Part shown: piece by piece, positions 41,533 through 56,500 of the stretch | How positions within the stretch are numbered: position 1 is the first letter of the stretch | Layout: the number at the start of each line of letters is the position of its first letter | Program-made: the position numbers and the translations under genes | Source of the DNA: Pelagomonas calceolata | Taxonomy: Eukaryota | Direction: 5' to 3' | Assembly (NCBI GenBank): GCA_918797485.1 | Contig: CAKKNE010000006.1 | Span: forward strand, 1,984,001-2,048,000 | Length of the DNA: 64,000 bases | The notes under the pieces: generated by a model | The model's input: the letters and a program-made list of their open reading frames with translations, nothing else | What the model was told of the DNA's origin: nothing | Databases searched by the model: none

Positions 41533-44500
41533 ATGTTTCTATGGCTGCTGCTGCTCAGGGCAGCCATAGCCCAGAAGGTGGTACCCATACCTCGAGCCCA
41601 GACGCTCCAGGTAGCCGGCCCCATCGACGAGCCCACAAGTATCGAGCTGAGGAGCGCACTCGAGATTCCGGACGAGGGCGAGGCCCAGCTCCCGATCATC
41701 GTCGAGCCGCGGGCCGTATCGATACAAGGAGACGGCGCGCCGCGGATCACGCGCGTGGGCACGGACGCGCCGGACGGCATCTATTCGTCTGGACAGAATA
41801 TTACCGTCACGTTATCGTTCACGAGTCCCGTGGAGATTGTGGGCGATCCCGACGCGTTAAAGCTCGAGCTCGACACGGGATGCAATGACAACGCCTGCGC
41901 CATTCGTGAAGAGCAGTCCTTCACGTGCAAGGCCGACTACGGCGAGTTCGCCCTGACACTTTATGATAGTATAAAGGCGAACGTGTCCTCTACCTTTTCT
42001 GAAACGCGGGGCCCGTCCGACCCGAAGATGTGGGCGCCTTCCGGTACCGCTAGAAACGTCGGTGCTCTAGATGATCAAGAATTAGTCAAGCAGAAGCTCG
42101 AGACCATCGACGGCATCGAGAACGTGACTGTCTTTTTCGGCGACGAAGACGACCGGGACTACTCCGGTGGTAGGCGAGCCTGCACGTCCAAGGGCAATTT
42201 GATCGTGATCACGTTTGAAAGGTGCTCCTACGCGGACCAGTTCGACGGAGATGTCCCTGAACTGCGGTTAGACGCTACTAATGCGGTGTTGGATCCGAGG
42301 ACCATGCTGCCGGTAGGTGATGGTGTCTACTTGACGGGACGGACAGCTGGTAGTACGGTGTTCGTGGATCCGGTCGCTACGGAACTTACGAAAGGTGTCC
42401 GTCGAAGAAATGGCCTCGCGAATTATATAGGAGGTAACGGTACGGATACATTAACTTTTGTGTATGACGTCATGCCCGGCGACGCCGCCAATCCGTTAGA
42501 AGCGGTCCAATTACTCGATATTAATGGAGATAGTGTGGTCGTTCGAGCAGCAGCATACCCTTATGCGCTTATAGATGCTTCATTACCTCCAGCAAGGACC
42601 GCAGCCCGATACTCGTCGGGCACGGCCAATGCTCTAGGCGCGTCAAATGATGTGATCGTGGACGTCCGTTCACCATTAGTCGTCGACGTGACCTCACCAG
42701 AGGTCGACGGGGAATACGGCGTCGGGGCCGTCCTGCGAATCTGGGTGACCTTCGATCGACAGTTGGCCGTCGGGGGCGAACCGCGCCTGGTCATGGCGAC
42801 GGGCGCTTCCAATAGTTACGCGTTATTCACGCAAGTCTTGGGGGGAGGGTATACGGCGGAGTTCGAGTACACGGTCGGCGAGGGCGACGCGAACCAAGAT
42901 TTAGATTACTTCGCTACCAATTCATTGTCCGTGGCTTCACCTGGTTATATTGTTCGCAAAGCTCGCGATGTTACCGTGTCTGCAGTTGCGGTGTTAACTC
43001 TACCGGAGCCGGGCAAGCCGGGGTCCCTCGCTCACAACAAGAACATCATGGTCGATACGAGCATACCCTACGTCTTAGATGTGTCGTTAGCGGGCGAAGT
43101 CGCGTCGCGGGACGTGGCCGCCGGCGACGTTTTGGACATCCAGGTCTACTTTAGTAGAGCGGTGGCGATCCGAGGAAGACCTCGGTTATTACTCAGGACG
43201 GGCCGGTCACCAGTTTTCAGAGGAGTCGTGGAGACGCCCGTCGGAGAAAACGGCGTGGTCGCCGCGGCACCTCGAGCCTCCGCAGCGGCCGCTATTCAGA
43301 TCGCGTTCACTTTGTCAATTCCGGCCGTCGTCGGGGATACGTTGAGGATCGCGCTCCCGGGCTTCTCGGGCAATGCGGCCGAAAATTGTTCGTCCGTCGA
43401 CGGCACGGACGCGTGGGTCGCCGGTTTTAGCGGTGCGGGTCGCGACGCGGAGCTTTTGTTGATTGCCGCGCGCGCGTCGCCGGCCCGGACGGCCTTCGAC
43501 GTGCGCGTGCTGTCGCGGTGCTCCTACCTGACACCATCAGCCGGTCTGCGGAGCGGCGCAGACGCCGGGATCTTCGTGAGGGGCACGTTCGCGTCCGGTA
43601 TCATGAAACGCCATAGGGTCGATAATGCGGGCGGCGTCGCGTTGAGTGACGCGTCCGTGACGTACGCTCCCCTGATTGCGGGCGAACCGACGCAACTCTC
43701 ACTGACCTTCACGTCGTTAGCGGCCATCGCGCGCAACGAGACGATAGATTTGGTCTTCTCCGATAGTCTCTTCATCCCGAACTACACGTTACCCAAGTCC
43801 GTGGACCGCAAGTTCTCGTGGGTTGCGAAAAACACGACGGAGCAGGCGCTGGAGGCCGACTCGGCGGACTTCCGCGCGGCGTGGGTCCCGGACCGCGTCG
43901 TCCCGCGGCTGCGGTTTCGGGCGGCGCGCTTACTCGACGCGGGGACCTACACCGTCGGCTTGACCTCGTCGAAGGTCCTGGAGCTGCCGGCGGGCGGTCT
44001 CCACGCCGACGACGCGCGCATCACGCTGGCCTCGGACGCGCGCGCGTTGGGCGCGCTCAGCGGCTTCGTACCGACGAGTCCGGCCGTCGGCGCCTTTGGT
44101 AGTACTTCATTGACAATTACGAGTGAGGATGGAGGCCGGACGCACGGCGGCGGCCGGTGTCGCATCTCCTTAAAATTCGCCCTGGGCCCGGGCCACGCGT
44201 CCGCCGGCGACGTCATCACCTTAGCCTTGGACGTGGCGGGTCCCGACGACGAGGCTTATATCGGAGAACCACTTATTAGTGAGGGATTTAGTGTATCAAT
44301 CGTGGAGAATGCCATCCGGCTGACCGTGCTGAACGACAATGACATTGGCGGCGGCGCCGGACGCATCGTGACGGTCTCCAATCTGGTCCTGGCGCCGGGG
44401 GGCGTCGCCCAAGATTCATCGTCCATAACGTTGACGTCTTCCTCGGCCCACGTGCCGACGACCGCGATTCCCGTTCTCAAGACCACGGCGGTGGCCGGTA

Positions 44501-47500
44501 TTAGCGACGTGGCCTGGACCTGCCTCCCGGAACCGTGCTCGTTGGACGTTCCCAGCGAGTGGACCCTCACACTGTCGTATGGGTCGACGGGAACCATTTC
44601 CAGAAATTCAACGCTCTCCATCGGCGTGCCGTTCTTCCGGAGCCTCAACGCCTCGAAGAACGTCACGCTGTACCGAGACGTCGACGCCGTGTCGTTACCG
44701 TACAAGGACCACTTCGTGACTACTGATTTAGGAAGACCTCACGTTTTACGGTTGGCGGCGGCGACGGTCGACGGCGCGGACTTCAACTTCAACTGCACGC
44801 TCTACGGGTCGTCCACCAGAGAAGCAAGGATCGACTTCGTCCCTTTGCGGGACCTGCCGTCGCCCGGGGCCTTGGTCTTGACCATACCGAGGAAGAGCGG
44901 CCTCACGGCGCCGCGACGGGGCTTGCGGCCTTCCGATCTGTTGGAAGTGTCGGGCAACGCGCCGGGCTTTGAGTTCGGCGACGCCGTGCCAGCAACGCCC
45001 TGCGCCGGGCTCTGTGCGACGTCCTATACCTGGTCCGCCACCCGAGGCAACGAGACCCTCACGGCTACGCTTACATTCACCTACGTCGGTGCAGTCGAGA
45101 AGGGCGACGCGCTGCGGGTGACCTTACCCGGTTTCAAGAGGGAAGCGGAACTCGTCGTCAAGTTAGGAGACTCCTCCACGTTGGTTCAGGTCCAGAGCTG
45201 GTCGTCCGACGACGTCCTTACGCTGGTCTTCACCGCAGCCGTTTCACTGACGGACGCCGGGACCACGTTACAACTGATTGGCTTCCGGGGCCCGACACGA
45301 GGTATCGTACAGAACCAGAGGAACTTCACGCTCCAGTACAACATCTCGGCCATCACCGCCGACTGGTCGGAGGCGAGAGCCGTCGAGACGGTGCCGCCGA
45401 TGGAGAAGGCCGCGGTCGTCACGAATTTGCGGATGGCGTCATTAAATGCGTCGTCCACGAAGCAGTACCTCGGCTTTCGATACGGAAGGCCCCTCTCGTC
45501 GGGCGAGGCCGTGACGGTCGTTTTTAGCGGAGGCTTCACGGGCAAGCCCTTCATCGGCGAGAACACCACAGAAATCACCAGACAAGGCGGGCCGGACCCG
45601 TATTCATTCAGGGTGGCGAGCTGGGACCAAGCGACGGAGACGTTGGTCCTAAGGTGCAACCAGGACATCCCTGCCGAGGAGGACGTCTACGTCAATATTA
45701 CGAATCTGAACGCACCGTCGACGGGCGTGCTTCCCCGGTTAAGGCAGGGCATCACGTTATCTACGGACGAAGACTTTGGCACCTTGGCGTTCCGAGGCGT
45801 GAAGGTCGGGCGGCCGATCCTCGTCGCGTCGCAGGCGGCGGTCACGTGGGTCGAGGACGAGCTGGGACGGCAAGAAGCGAGGAGGGACGTCGGGCGGCCC
45901 GGCGAGAGGGTGGTGGCGGACCTGTCCGTCCGGCTCGACGGCGCCGACCTGCGGCACGGCGACACGATGGCGTGGTATTTGCCTAGGTTGCACGTCCCCG
46001 ACTGCTGGGCCGACGTCTGCGGGCTGTACGTGAACGCGACGTCGGCTCGGGTCAACGTCACGGCCAACTACGACCTGACGACGGAAATTGTCACCTTAAA
46101 TATTTTGGGCAATATTACGGCGGGCGCGCACCGCACGTTTAGGGTGGGCCGCGTCGCCGTCGACCGCAACCTGACCGATACCATAATTCCGGGCGTGCGG
46201 AACCGGACGCTGGCCCTCCCGTCCGACGGCTGGCCGTCGTCGCGCGCGGCCCATGTCACGATCTCGAGCGGCGACGATTCCTGGGACACCATAGACCAAC
46301 TCCCCGTGACCGTGCCTTGTGCCGGTTTGTGCGCCAGTGCCCTGTCCTTCGAAGAGCCTAGAGCAGGCGCGCCCACCTCGGTCGCCATCCAGTGGTCTAC
46401 CTCCTTCGCGCCCAATTCGGGCGACTCGTTCCGCGTCTCCTTCAACGGTGGTGCTGACGCGGACTGCGGCGTTTTAATGAATGAGGGCGATTGTATACGA
46501 AGACTAAGGGCGGGCGGCGGCCGGTCCAAAACGCCGTTGCAAATCGGCGGCGTTGATGGAAGGAGCTTCGCGGGGACGTGGATCGCCAACACGTCGTCCG
46601 TCCAGCTGATGACGACGGACTATGGGATTGCCTCCTCCAAGCGAAGCTTCTCCATCATCGTCGAGTACGGCTCGTACCTCGCCTTACCGGTCGCTGGCAT
46701 ACCTCAGAACGACGCCTCGATCAGTCTAGGCTACAATTCCAGTAGAGCGGGAAGTACGCCATCGTCATATCTACCGTTCCGGGGCGTGGGCACCGTGCCC
46801 TCTTCCTCGTCGCCGCGGTCGGACTGCGCCTTGCCGTGTTTTACATTCCTAAGTCGGGACGTGTCGCCCGGCAGTGTCACGGTGATCCGCGTGATCTTCG
46901 CCTACGGCGACGCTTTGGCAGAAGGAGATTTACTGAATGTTTCGCTGCCGGACTTCTTCCGCCTGGGCTTCTGGAAGTCTGGGGCGTTCAGTGTGTCGCA
47001 CGGCCACGCCGGTACGTGGGACGCTACATCTCATATCGTTTCTGTCACACTCGGCGAAGCATTCGCTGCACGTAAACCGATCGAGTTCAACATCACGGGC
47101 CTGCACCTCCCAACTTCACCATTACTGGAGAACGACGAGCGGCTGCGCGTCTCGGTCGACGGCGCCGCGACGGCGCACACGTCCGTGAGCGCGGCGTCGT
47201 CGCCGCCCGTCGGCGTCCTTGAAAGTTCTTCACTGCATTGGGTCAAGCCCCGCGTCGCGACGACGGTCGGTTCCGGACTCAATGTCACCATAAGGGCGTC
47301 GTGCGCCTTAGTAGCGAACGACCGGCTGATCGTGGAGCTTCCCGGGTTCAGCGCCTCTGGTAGTTCAATACCGCTCGATGATGATATTTGGGGGTCCTCG
47401 GCGGCCTGGGATTCACAAAGGTTGACGTTCACGCTGCAGCAGGATCAAGTGTATGGTGACCTCACCGCATCAATAAAAGAAGACGCCCTGCTGAAGCCGT

Positions 47501-50500
47501 CTTCAGTGGCCTTTGCCTCGGCCGAATTTAGAATGAGGATCGAGGCGCGGGACTGCCCCACGGGCTGGAGCCACGCCAAGAGCCCGGGCGTCGGCCTCGC
47601 GGATGCAAGAGTAGCGGCCTTCTCCGCGCCGTTCGTGCGCGCGGGCGAAGAAGCGGACGTCGTTTTGAGGTTCGACGCGGCCGAGGCGCCTTTAGTGAAT
47701 GGGGACTCGGTGACGTTCAAGCTGCCCGCGTTCACTAATACTACGGAAGTGAGTATACACAGAGACGACCCGGCTCGAAGGCGGCTGAGCGACGACACGT
47801 GTGCGTTGGACGGCAGCGACTACGACTACCAGGAACGCATCGACACGAAGGCGCGCTACGTGTCCACGTCGCACTGCCCGAACCACGTCCTGGGAGAAGG
47901 CACTTCAGTGAACAAGCTCCCGGCGACGTACGCTTTCCCCCTATATCCAAAGTACGACCCGAACAACCCGACGGACCTAAGCGAGCGCGCGGGCGCCATC
48001 GGCACGTTATTTAACGGCGCCATGCTCCTGTCGGGCTACGGCGGGTCGACGCCGGCCGTGAGCTACCAGACGTCGGCGCCCTATTTGTACGGAGACACCT
48101 TCGACGCCTGCGGGTGCACGGTGCGGGAACAGACGTTGGTCGAGGACCTGCACCCGGAGACGATGCTCCCGACCTACGGCTGCCACGGCCCGCCGACGTG
48201 CTTGCTGCGGCAGCTCGACGCGCAGACCTACGCGCACTCGCCGCAGGTCGGCTGGGCCGCCGACGGCTTTCCTGTGTATGGGCCGCGGGGAGAGCATGGC
48301 ACATTAATGAAGGCCTGCGGTTCAACGATAGACGGCCCCTGCCTCGACGCGTGCGGCGGCTACTACGGCCCGTCGTCCCAGGACGAGTATGTCTATAGAT
48401 ACCATACGACGGGCGAGGCCCACGAGGCCAACACCGAGGCCCAGTGCGCGGCGCCGAACACGTATGGATCAGAATTCTACCCCTTCACGCCGGCGTGCCT
48501 CGCGGGCTGCGTGCCCGACGAGCTCATAACGTCGTCGTGCCCGGACTGCGCGTCCTCGGGGTACGTCCAGACCTGTTCTTCGAATGCCGTTGATGGCTTC
48601 ACGTCACTGTTCACACCGAACGCGACGCGGTTCGGTGCGTCGAAGAAGCTATCGACGGACACGAGCTACTGCAGCACGGGAACTGGCGTGGTCTTAGACG
48701 ACCCGTCACTTAAGGTAAAGTGGAACGCGCCCTACCTCAAGTTAACGATTGACGAGGCCTTCCCGACGGCGTCGCATGTCCTCGCGACGGTGCGCGGTTT
48801 AACACTACCGGAAGATGGCATCGATGGCCCCTACGCGGGCGTGACCGTTTCCGTGAATACGGCCGCGACGGGCCCATTATCCGAAACGGCCGTGGAGAGC
48901 GTGCCCGTCATCGCGGCGCTGCACCACTCCTCACTAGATCTGGCCGAGCCCTTCGCGGGCGTCGCCACACGATTAAAACTGCAGATGAACTTTTCTGTGG
49001 ACGTGCCCAAGGGTTCACGGTTACAATTAACTTTGCCTGCATTCAGCATTGACTCGGCAACCTCTGAATCTGACATATTAGATTACGAGGGCTCGACGGG
49101 CGACGTCCACACCTTCGGCTTTGGTATGGCAGTCGACAAGCGCACCCTGGTTGAGTTATCAGTAAACGGCACGGTACCCGTAGAAGGCGTCGACGGCCTG
49201 GGTGACCACGGCTGCATGTTAACCATGAGTGCTGTAGGCCTGGACGCCACGCCCATTCAACACGTCGAGTCGGCGCCCGGTCTAGTTGGTAGTGTCTCGA
49301 TCAGCTTTGGGAGTTTAGACTTCGGGTTCGCGCGCATCGAACGCGGCGACGGGCTCAAGGTGCGGTTCCCGCCGTCGACGTACGGCGACGCCGACGGTCT
49401 GACGAACGCGGACGCGGGCACGCAGTACCGCGTGGGCGGCGCGCTGATGACCGTGGCTTCTATACAAGGTGATGTTATCACCTTCGCGCCGCCGCACGAC
49501 TTTAATGAGACTTCTGTGGTCGTCGCGACGAAATACGACGAGTACGGTTTAGCAAGAGAAGCCGGTCTCGTGGATGTCACGACGCCGGGCTTCCGGCCGG
49601 CCTACTACTACGCGGGTGATCGGACGTCGGCGCTCATCTTCCGGTACCGGGTCCGGCGGGGTGATTTTAGCGATGATTTGGACTACCTCGCGCTCAACAG
49701 TTTGGGCTGCCCCGGGCCCGCGCGGCAGTGGGCCCTGACGCAGGGCGACGGCGAGGAGTGCTACATCCGACGCGATTCGCCGCGGCCGACGGGCGCCGTG
49801 AACCTGGAGCTGCGGGCGCCGGGCGAGGTCGGGTCGTTAGCGTACAACGCGCGCATTAAAGTGGACACGACGCCGGCGAACGTCACGAACATGAGTACCG
49901 CGGCCGCTCTAGCGTGCCACTGGCCCGCGTACTTCGCGTCCGAGGGCTACGCGTCGACGGCGGCGGCGTGCGTCTATGGCAAAGGTCATTTACTGGACAT
50001 TACGGTCGCGTTCGACCGTCCCGTGAGCGCGGACGTGGCCGGTGCCGTAGCACAGTACAACAGGTCCATAGCACAAGGCAACATCACAGTGACGCGGAAT
50101 TACGCGGTCTTCGCGCCCGCTTATCTAGCGGCCAATGTCGAACTGGACATCACGACGTCTACCACGAGGCCGGCGACGGCCTTCTACGCGTCCGGAAGCG
50201 GGACCAAGGACCTGCATTTCGTCTACGACATACGGGAGGGCGACTCCAACGAGGGGGACCTCGACACGGTACCGACCGTCGACGGGAGACGCGCTCTACA
50301 GCCGGGCTTCGGGGGCATCGTCGGTTATTTGAGGTCGTCCTCGGCATCGCCCGAAACGGATATTAATTATGACTCCGTCCCGGAGCCCGGGGCCTACAAC
50401 TCGCTGTCCGCGTCGCCGGGCCAAGCGCGCGTCATCGTCGACGCGAACGCAGCCATCATCACGGCCATCGAAGCGCCCTCCAGAACGTACTCGCCGGGCG

Positions 50501-53500
50501 ACAACCTGGATATCAAGGTCACGTGGAGCGAGAAGATAGTCCCTCCCAAGAACTGCTCCGGGAGCCATTTCATGCTCTGGTTGGACCTGGCGAACGACCG
50601 ATTAGCAGCGGAACTGGGCGCGCCGAAGTACGTGCCCTACGGCGCGCAGGCCCTGCCGCACAACGGCTCGGCGACGAGATCACTTATGTTTAGATACGTT
50701 GTGCGAGTGGGCGACGAGTCGGAACGGCTCGAGACTGCCTGCGTGCCCTGCGCGTCCGCTGTTGTAGAAACGGCCGCATTGTGGGCCAACGCGTCGTGCA
50801 ACCCCCTGACCCTTTCCACGAACCGCCCCGCGTCGCTCATCCTACCGCTACGAACGGACGACGGCACGCTCGGCAAATCATCGAACGTCGTAGTGACGTC
50901 GGCGATGCCGAAGATCCTGAAGGTCGACGCGGATGCCAGCGACGTCCAGACGGCACCCCTCGCGGCGGGCGACATGTTACGAGTCTTCGTGCGGTACGAC
51001 GCCGCGGTCGTCGTGGCCGGCGACGTCGCGTTTGCCGCGACCAGACCCTACCTCGACGAGGCGCCGCGCCTAGAGTTAACGATAGGCGACGGCCAGGACT
51101 CGCCCTTCCGCGGCCATGATCGAGCCCACCGCTTGATCAGCGCGAGGTACGCGGCGGGCTCGGGGACGTCTATCATCCGCTTCGACTGCGTGGTGCGGGC
51201 GCCCCTGGGCACGGTCCGGGCGGACTACGACACGTCCTTTAGTTTGAAGGGGTCCATGTGGCGGCTCTCGGACAGACCTGTCCTCGAGGCGAACACGACG
51301 TTACCCGCGAGGGGCGGCCCGATGTCCCTCGGAGGGTTCGGGGTGGGCTTGTTCGCCCTGTCGGTGAATACACGAAGACCGGAAGCCCTGAAGGCGTCGT
51401 TATCGAGACAGACGGGCGTCCATTCGCATCGACGCCAGACCCTAGATTTGATCATCCTGCGACGGTGGGCTGCTCCCGACACGCCACCGTCAATCACAGG
51501 AGGGTCGTTTAGAGTAGCTCTCGGGTCCGTCCTGGAGACAGACCCTTGCATTGAAGCTTCGAATGCGTCCGCAGCCACAATCCAAGCGGCCCTCGGCGCC
51601 ACGCACGGCCACCTCGCGCCGCGCGTCTCCGAGCAGCCCGTGCGACGTGGTGATGGATGGCGCCGTCGTTTTATCGTAGAGACGGGCGCCGGCGGCCACG
51701 CTCTGCTGGAAACAGATATTTGTGTGGAGCTACGGTGTTCAGATATAAAGGGCGGCCTGAAGAGAAAGGACGCGGACCAGACGAACGAGACGTGCGCGGT
51801 CGTCGAAGCGAATGCGGATGGAGCCTTTATTGGTGGTTCATCAGTGGACGTCGACGTGGACTATGCTGGATACCCTCTGACGGGACGCGGCGGCCTCGCC
51901 GGCGCATTAAGCGACGGCGGCTACATGACCCGGAGCGCGGGCTCGCTCTTCCAGACGATCGATGTTGGGGTGGACGCCTCGACGCAGATGACGGGCGGCG
52001 CCTTCCAGCTGCTCTACGGGAGCGCGAGGACGGGCTGCATCCAGTACGACGCCGGCGACGGCGGGACGAGATCGGTACGAAACCAGCTCAACCAGTTGGC
52101 CGAGGTGCGGGCTATTGGTGGTGTTAGGAAGGTCTTGACCTACGCACGAGCGAACGGGTATAGATTTGTCGTCGAGTTCGCGGCGGCGCACTGTAGTCCC
52201 CTGAAGCTGCGGCCGGCGGTCGATCGGGTGGGCGAAGAATGTGATCTTCTAGATCCGCCGGACGCCCAGGTCGTTATCGACGCCGAGGAGGTCATTACGT
52301 TAAAGCGAGACGCGCAGCCCGGGTCGTCGTTCGTTCTGAAAGTGGTCAACGGCTCGATCGCCGCGAACGAGACGCTGTCCATAAGCATACCGAGGGTCGC
52401 CACGCCGGTCTACGGCGTCGGCGTGTCCGGGGCGACGTCCTTGCGACCGCGCGTGTGGTCAGCGAGGTCGCCCTACGCTCGGCTCCGGACGGGCGCGTCG
52501 CGATCCGATCGCGCGGTGAACTGGACGTCGGACACGCCGGACGCGTCGCCCGTGGTCCCGGCCTACGTAGCGTTGAAACCCGCTTTACTGGCCTTCGTCG
52601 GCGCCGCCGTGCGCTTCGAGCCCGCCCTGCCGGGCGCGGCGACGTCCATCGACGTGTCCTTCGCGCCGTCGGAACAGCTGTTACCGGGCGACGTCATTAC
52701 GTTGAGGCTGCACCCCCGGGCCGGTGCGTACGGAGGTATGTGTAGAGGCTGCATCCTGGGCAACGCGACGGACGGCTTCGGGTTCGTTAGTGCATCCGTG
52801 GAGAAAGGTTCAATGATAGTCAACGCGACGGTTGCTCGGACGGTCGCCGCGCTGACGTACGTACGCTTCGTGCTCGACGCGAACAACAGTTTGACCCTCC
52901 CGGCGACGGCCGTCTACAGCGTCGACGATTCGGGCGGTTGGCTACGGAGGGATGAAAGAATGCCGAAATTCAGAAATGCGTCCTTCGACGCCGCCACTTT
53001 AGAATTTGACGGCCGAGGCATCCGAGCGGACGCCCAGCCCGTCGAGACCTTGAAGGGCTCGGGCCTGGCCTGGGCCTCGCTGTCTTTTTCTGGAGGTGCC
53101 GCGACGCCCGGCGCCCCGACGGGCATCGACGTGTCCTTCGGCGTCGCCGCGCCCATCCAGTTAGTGGAGTCCCGCAACCGGACGCTGCCAAGGAGACGCG
53201 TCTCCGTCGACGCGAAGATCGAGTGGAGATATCGACCACCGATGCATATCTACGGCGAGGTGCGGCTCGTGTTACCGGGGTTCTTGGATCCAAGGGAACG
53301 GGCGGACATCCTGAGGAGCGGCTCGGACGATTCGAGGGATCTCATACTATCGGGGAGAGACGCGGCCTACTTCATCGGGAGGTGGGGCGGTTTGAGGGAG
53401 AGGGACTGGGAGTGGGAGACGACGGACCAGACCTCGGAGAACAACGCGACGTTGAATGGGACCCTCTCCCTCTACGCGCTGGCGCCGTTGGTACCTAGAC

Positions 53501-56500
53501 CGCAAGGGTACCTGGTGACGGTCGACGGTTTAGCTGCCCCGGTGGACATCACGGCGGCTTCCCGGAAGCAGTTCGAGGCGTCTCTGTTAGATGCGAATGA
53601 GGACGTGCTCGTCGCCAGCACACCGTTAGCTGATGGTGGGCCTAGAATGAACGCTTTAGAAAGCGCACAGCTCGTCCTCGACCCGTCCGACGCGGTCGGC
53701 GTCGTCGTCGCGCTGAATTTGAGTTTTAGCTTCGTGCGGACCGTGGCGCCCGGCGGGCGCGTGCGCTTGTTTTTGCCGAACGTGCAGGCTTGCTCGTCGC
53801 AGGACCCGGCGCCCCTGGTATCGAGCGACGGCATCTGGTCCCTCGACGAAATCCGAAGCGACGACGAGGGGTCGACACTCCTCTTCGCGCCGGCCGTCGA
53901 GGCCACGACCGCGTCGGGTCTAGAAGTCGGGCGTTCGGCGGGCCTCCGCGTCATCCGGGAGCTGGGCATCCCGGAGGACGGGCCCAAGCTGTCGATGATT
54001 GACATCGAGTACGGCGCGCCGCTGGCACCGACGTGTCTGGGGGGTGCGTGCGCGCCGCTCAAGCTCCGGAAAAACAAACGAAGTTTGTTCGTGGGCATCG
54101 GCGCGCTGAACGCGTCGCTCGCCTACACGCGGCCGTGCTGCGCGTTTGATCGAGACGCGGCCCCGCCGGCGCCCGGCAGCGACGCGCGCGTCGAGCTCAA
54201 TTTTACGTATAGTAGTCCCCTCGTCGAAGGCGATGTCTTGGAGGCGCGCCTCGGGGGCTTTGCTGCATTAAACAGCACGGTGACGATCGAGGAGCACTAC
54301 TTTGGTGAAGACGAGGACAGCTGCGAGTTTCAGTTAGGTTTCAACGAAACCGCGGGATGGGCCAACAGCACGCTGACGCTGCTCGTGACGCGGGGCTGCG
54401 CCGCGAGCCAGCCCGGCGGCATCTCCATAAGAGGTCTGACGATGCCGACGTCGTCCCTACGCTTCGACGAGCCTTTCATCACGCTGGCGTGCCCTCGTTG
54501 TAAAACGGCGCGCGCGCGGCCGGCGCCCATCAAGACGCCGGGCTACGGGGTCGCCTTCGCCCAGGCGTTCGTGACCGCGTTGGATGGAGGCCGCGCGAAG
54601 GCGGGCGACACCGCCAGGGTCGTGCTGACGGCGGCCTTCTCCGAAGATGGTTTGGCGGGGGACTACATCGAGTTCTCCGGTTTGGATGGACCTGGCTCCG
54701 ATGGAGGACTGGTGGCGGACGTGGCTCCATCGACCGTAACGTTGCACTGGTACGCTTCTCGAAAGATGGTCCGAATGACCCTGAACGGACGCGTCGCGAA
54801 GAAGGCGCCCATCGAGGCCGTCATCGAGACAGATCTCAAAGTGCCTGCGACGGGCTTAGCTCTCAGAGCCAACCTCGAGGACTCGGTCTGGAGCCCCGGC
54901 GGTGTGAGCGAGTGGCTCGCGGATCCCGTCAAAGTGCACGCGGCTTTGAATCAGAAGATCGGTGCGATTCAAGACGATTATGGTTATGATATAGGAAACG
55001 TGGCCTTGGATAACGTCGAGCACAACCCGACCGCCGACACGACGCCCGTCGGCGCGCTCCTCAATGGGACGCTCGACTTTGGCGCAGACGCGAAGGCCGG
55101 CGCGCCGTCAGATATTGATATTCTCCTCCAGTTCGTCGCGCCGCTCGTCGAGCACGACGTCATTACGATCGACTTCGGTTCCGCGTCGTCGACGGGCGTT
55201 TCGACGACCGAGGTGCTCGGTGCGGACGCCGACAAGGTGGCCGCATCGATAGCGGGTCCTCTGGCGACTTTCACGGTCCTCCAATCCGTCAAGGCGGGTG
55301 CATTCATACGACTCACAATCCCGGCGACGGCGGGCCTCGGCCCGCCGTCGACAGGAATTGAGGACGACGACGTCGGCGCTCATGTTTCGGTCGAGGCGGC
55401 GCACGGCGCCGTCGCCGCCACTTTGCTGACCGTGCGGCGGCCCGTCTGCGCGTTATCCACCGGATCGCTTGAGATCGAAGGCGCCACGGCCCCGGAGCCC
55501 GGGACCCTGCGCGACATTTTACTAGACCTCAAACTGACGCGGGCGGCGTCTTCCGGTTCGCGCATCGAAGTACGCCTGCCCAACTACGCGAACCACACGG
55601 CGACCTACGCCGAGATGGACGACGGCAACGTGACGCTCGATCGGATTCTGAATGGGAACCACACGGACTCCTACCTCCGCATGTATATCAGACCGTTCGT
55701 GCCCCTTTCCACGATTAAGGTGGCGCTGTACCAGGTCAAGCTCCCGTCCGGATCGTCGTACCTCGACCAGCAGGACTTCGTCTTGAGGATAGACGACGTC
55801 AATTCAGAAGGATGCGCGCTGCGGGAGTTTGTGCCTTTGTCCAGCGTCGAACCCATCGGTCTCTCGTCCTCTGCATTAAGCTACGACGACGACGCGCGCG
55901 TCGGGGAAGTATCAGCGTTCGAGCTCAAGTGGGCCTACGGCCAGGCCTTCTTCGGGGGGAAGATCAAGTGGCGCCTGCCGGGCTGGACCCTCGACGGCCG
56001 AAACAACCGGACGGGCACGGCGCGCGTCTTCGCCGGACGGGCCACGGCGCTCGCGAACGTGTCCTTCGACGTCGACGACCAGGTCTTATATCTTGCTAAA
56101 TTACCGAGGGCTCGGAAAGCGCAGACGGAGTTCGTCCTCAAGATGCCGGCCCGCTTCGGCTTGAAGCCGCCCCGGTCGGGCGACGGCGCCGGCCCGAGCG
56201 TCTCGTATCAGATACGGGACAAGTCCGCGGCCTTCACGCCGGTGCAGCGCATGGCCGTGCGCCTCCCGGCCGTCCACTTTGCGCAGCTCGCCTTCCACGC
56301 GCCGCGCCCGGTCGTCGGCGACGCGTCGGGCTTCACGCTCACGTGGAACACGTCTACGGAAAGCGCCAACAACGGCTTCATCCTGAAGGATGGAATCGTA
56401 CTGTTATCCCTACCGGGCTGGCTGCCGCGGGGCGCCGCGGCCGCGGCGCTGGCGTCCCGGGCGAGGGCTCCGTTAAGTATAGGCGGTCTGGATGGCGCGA

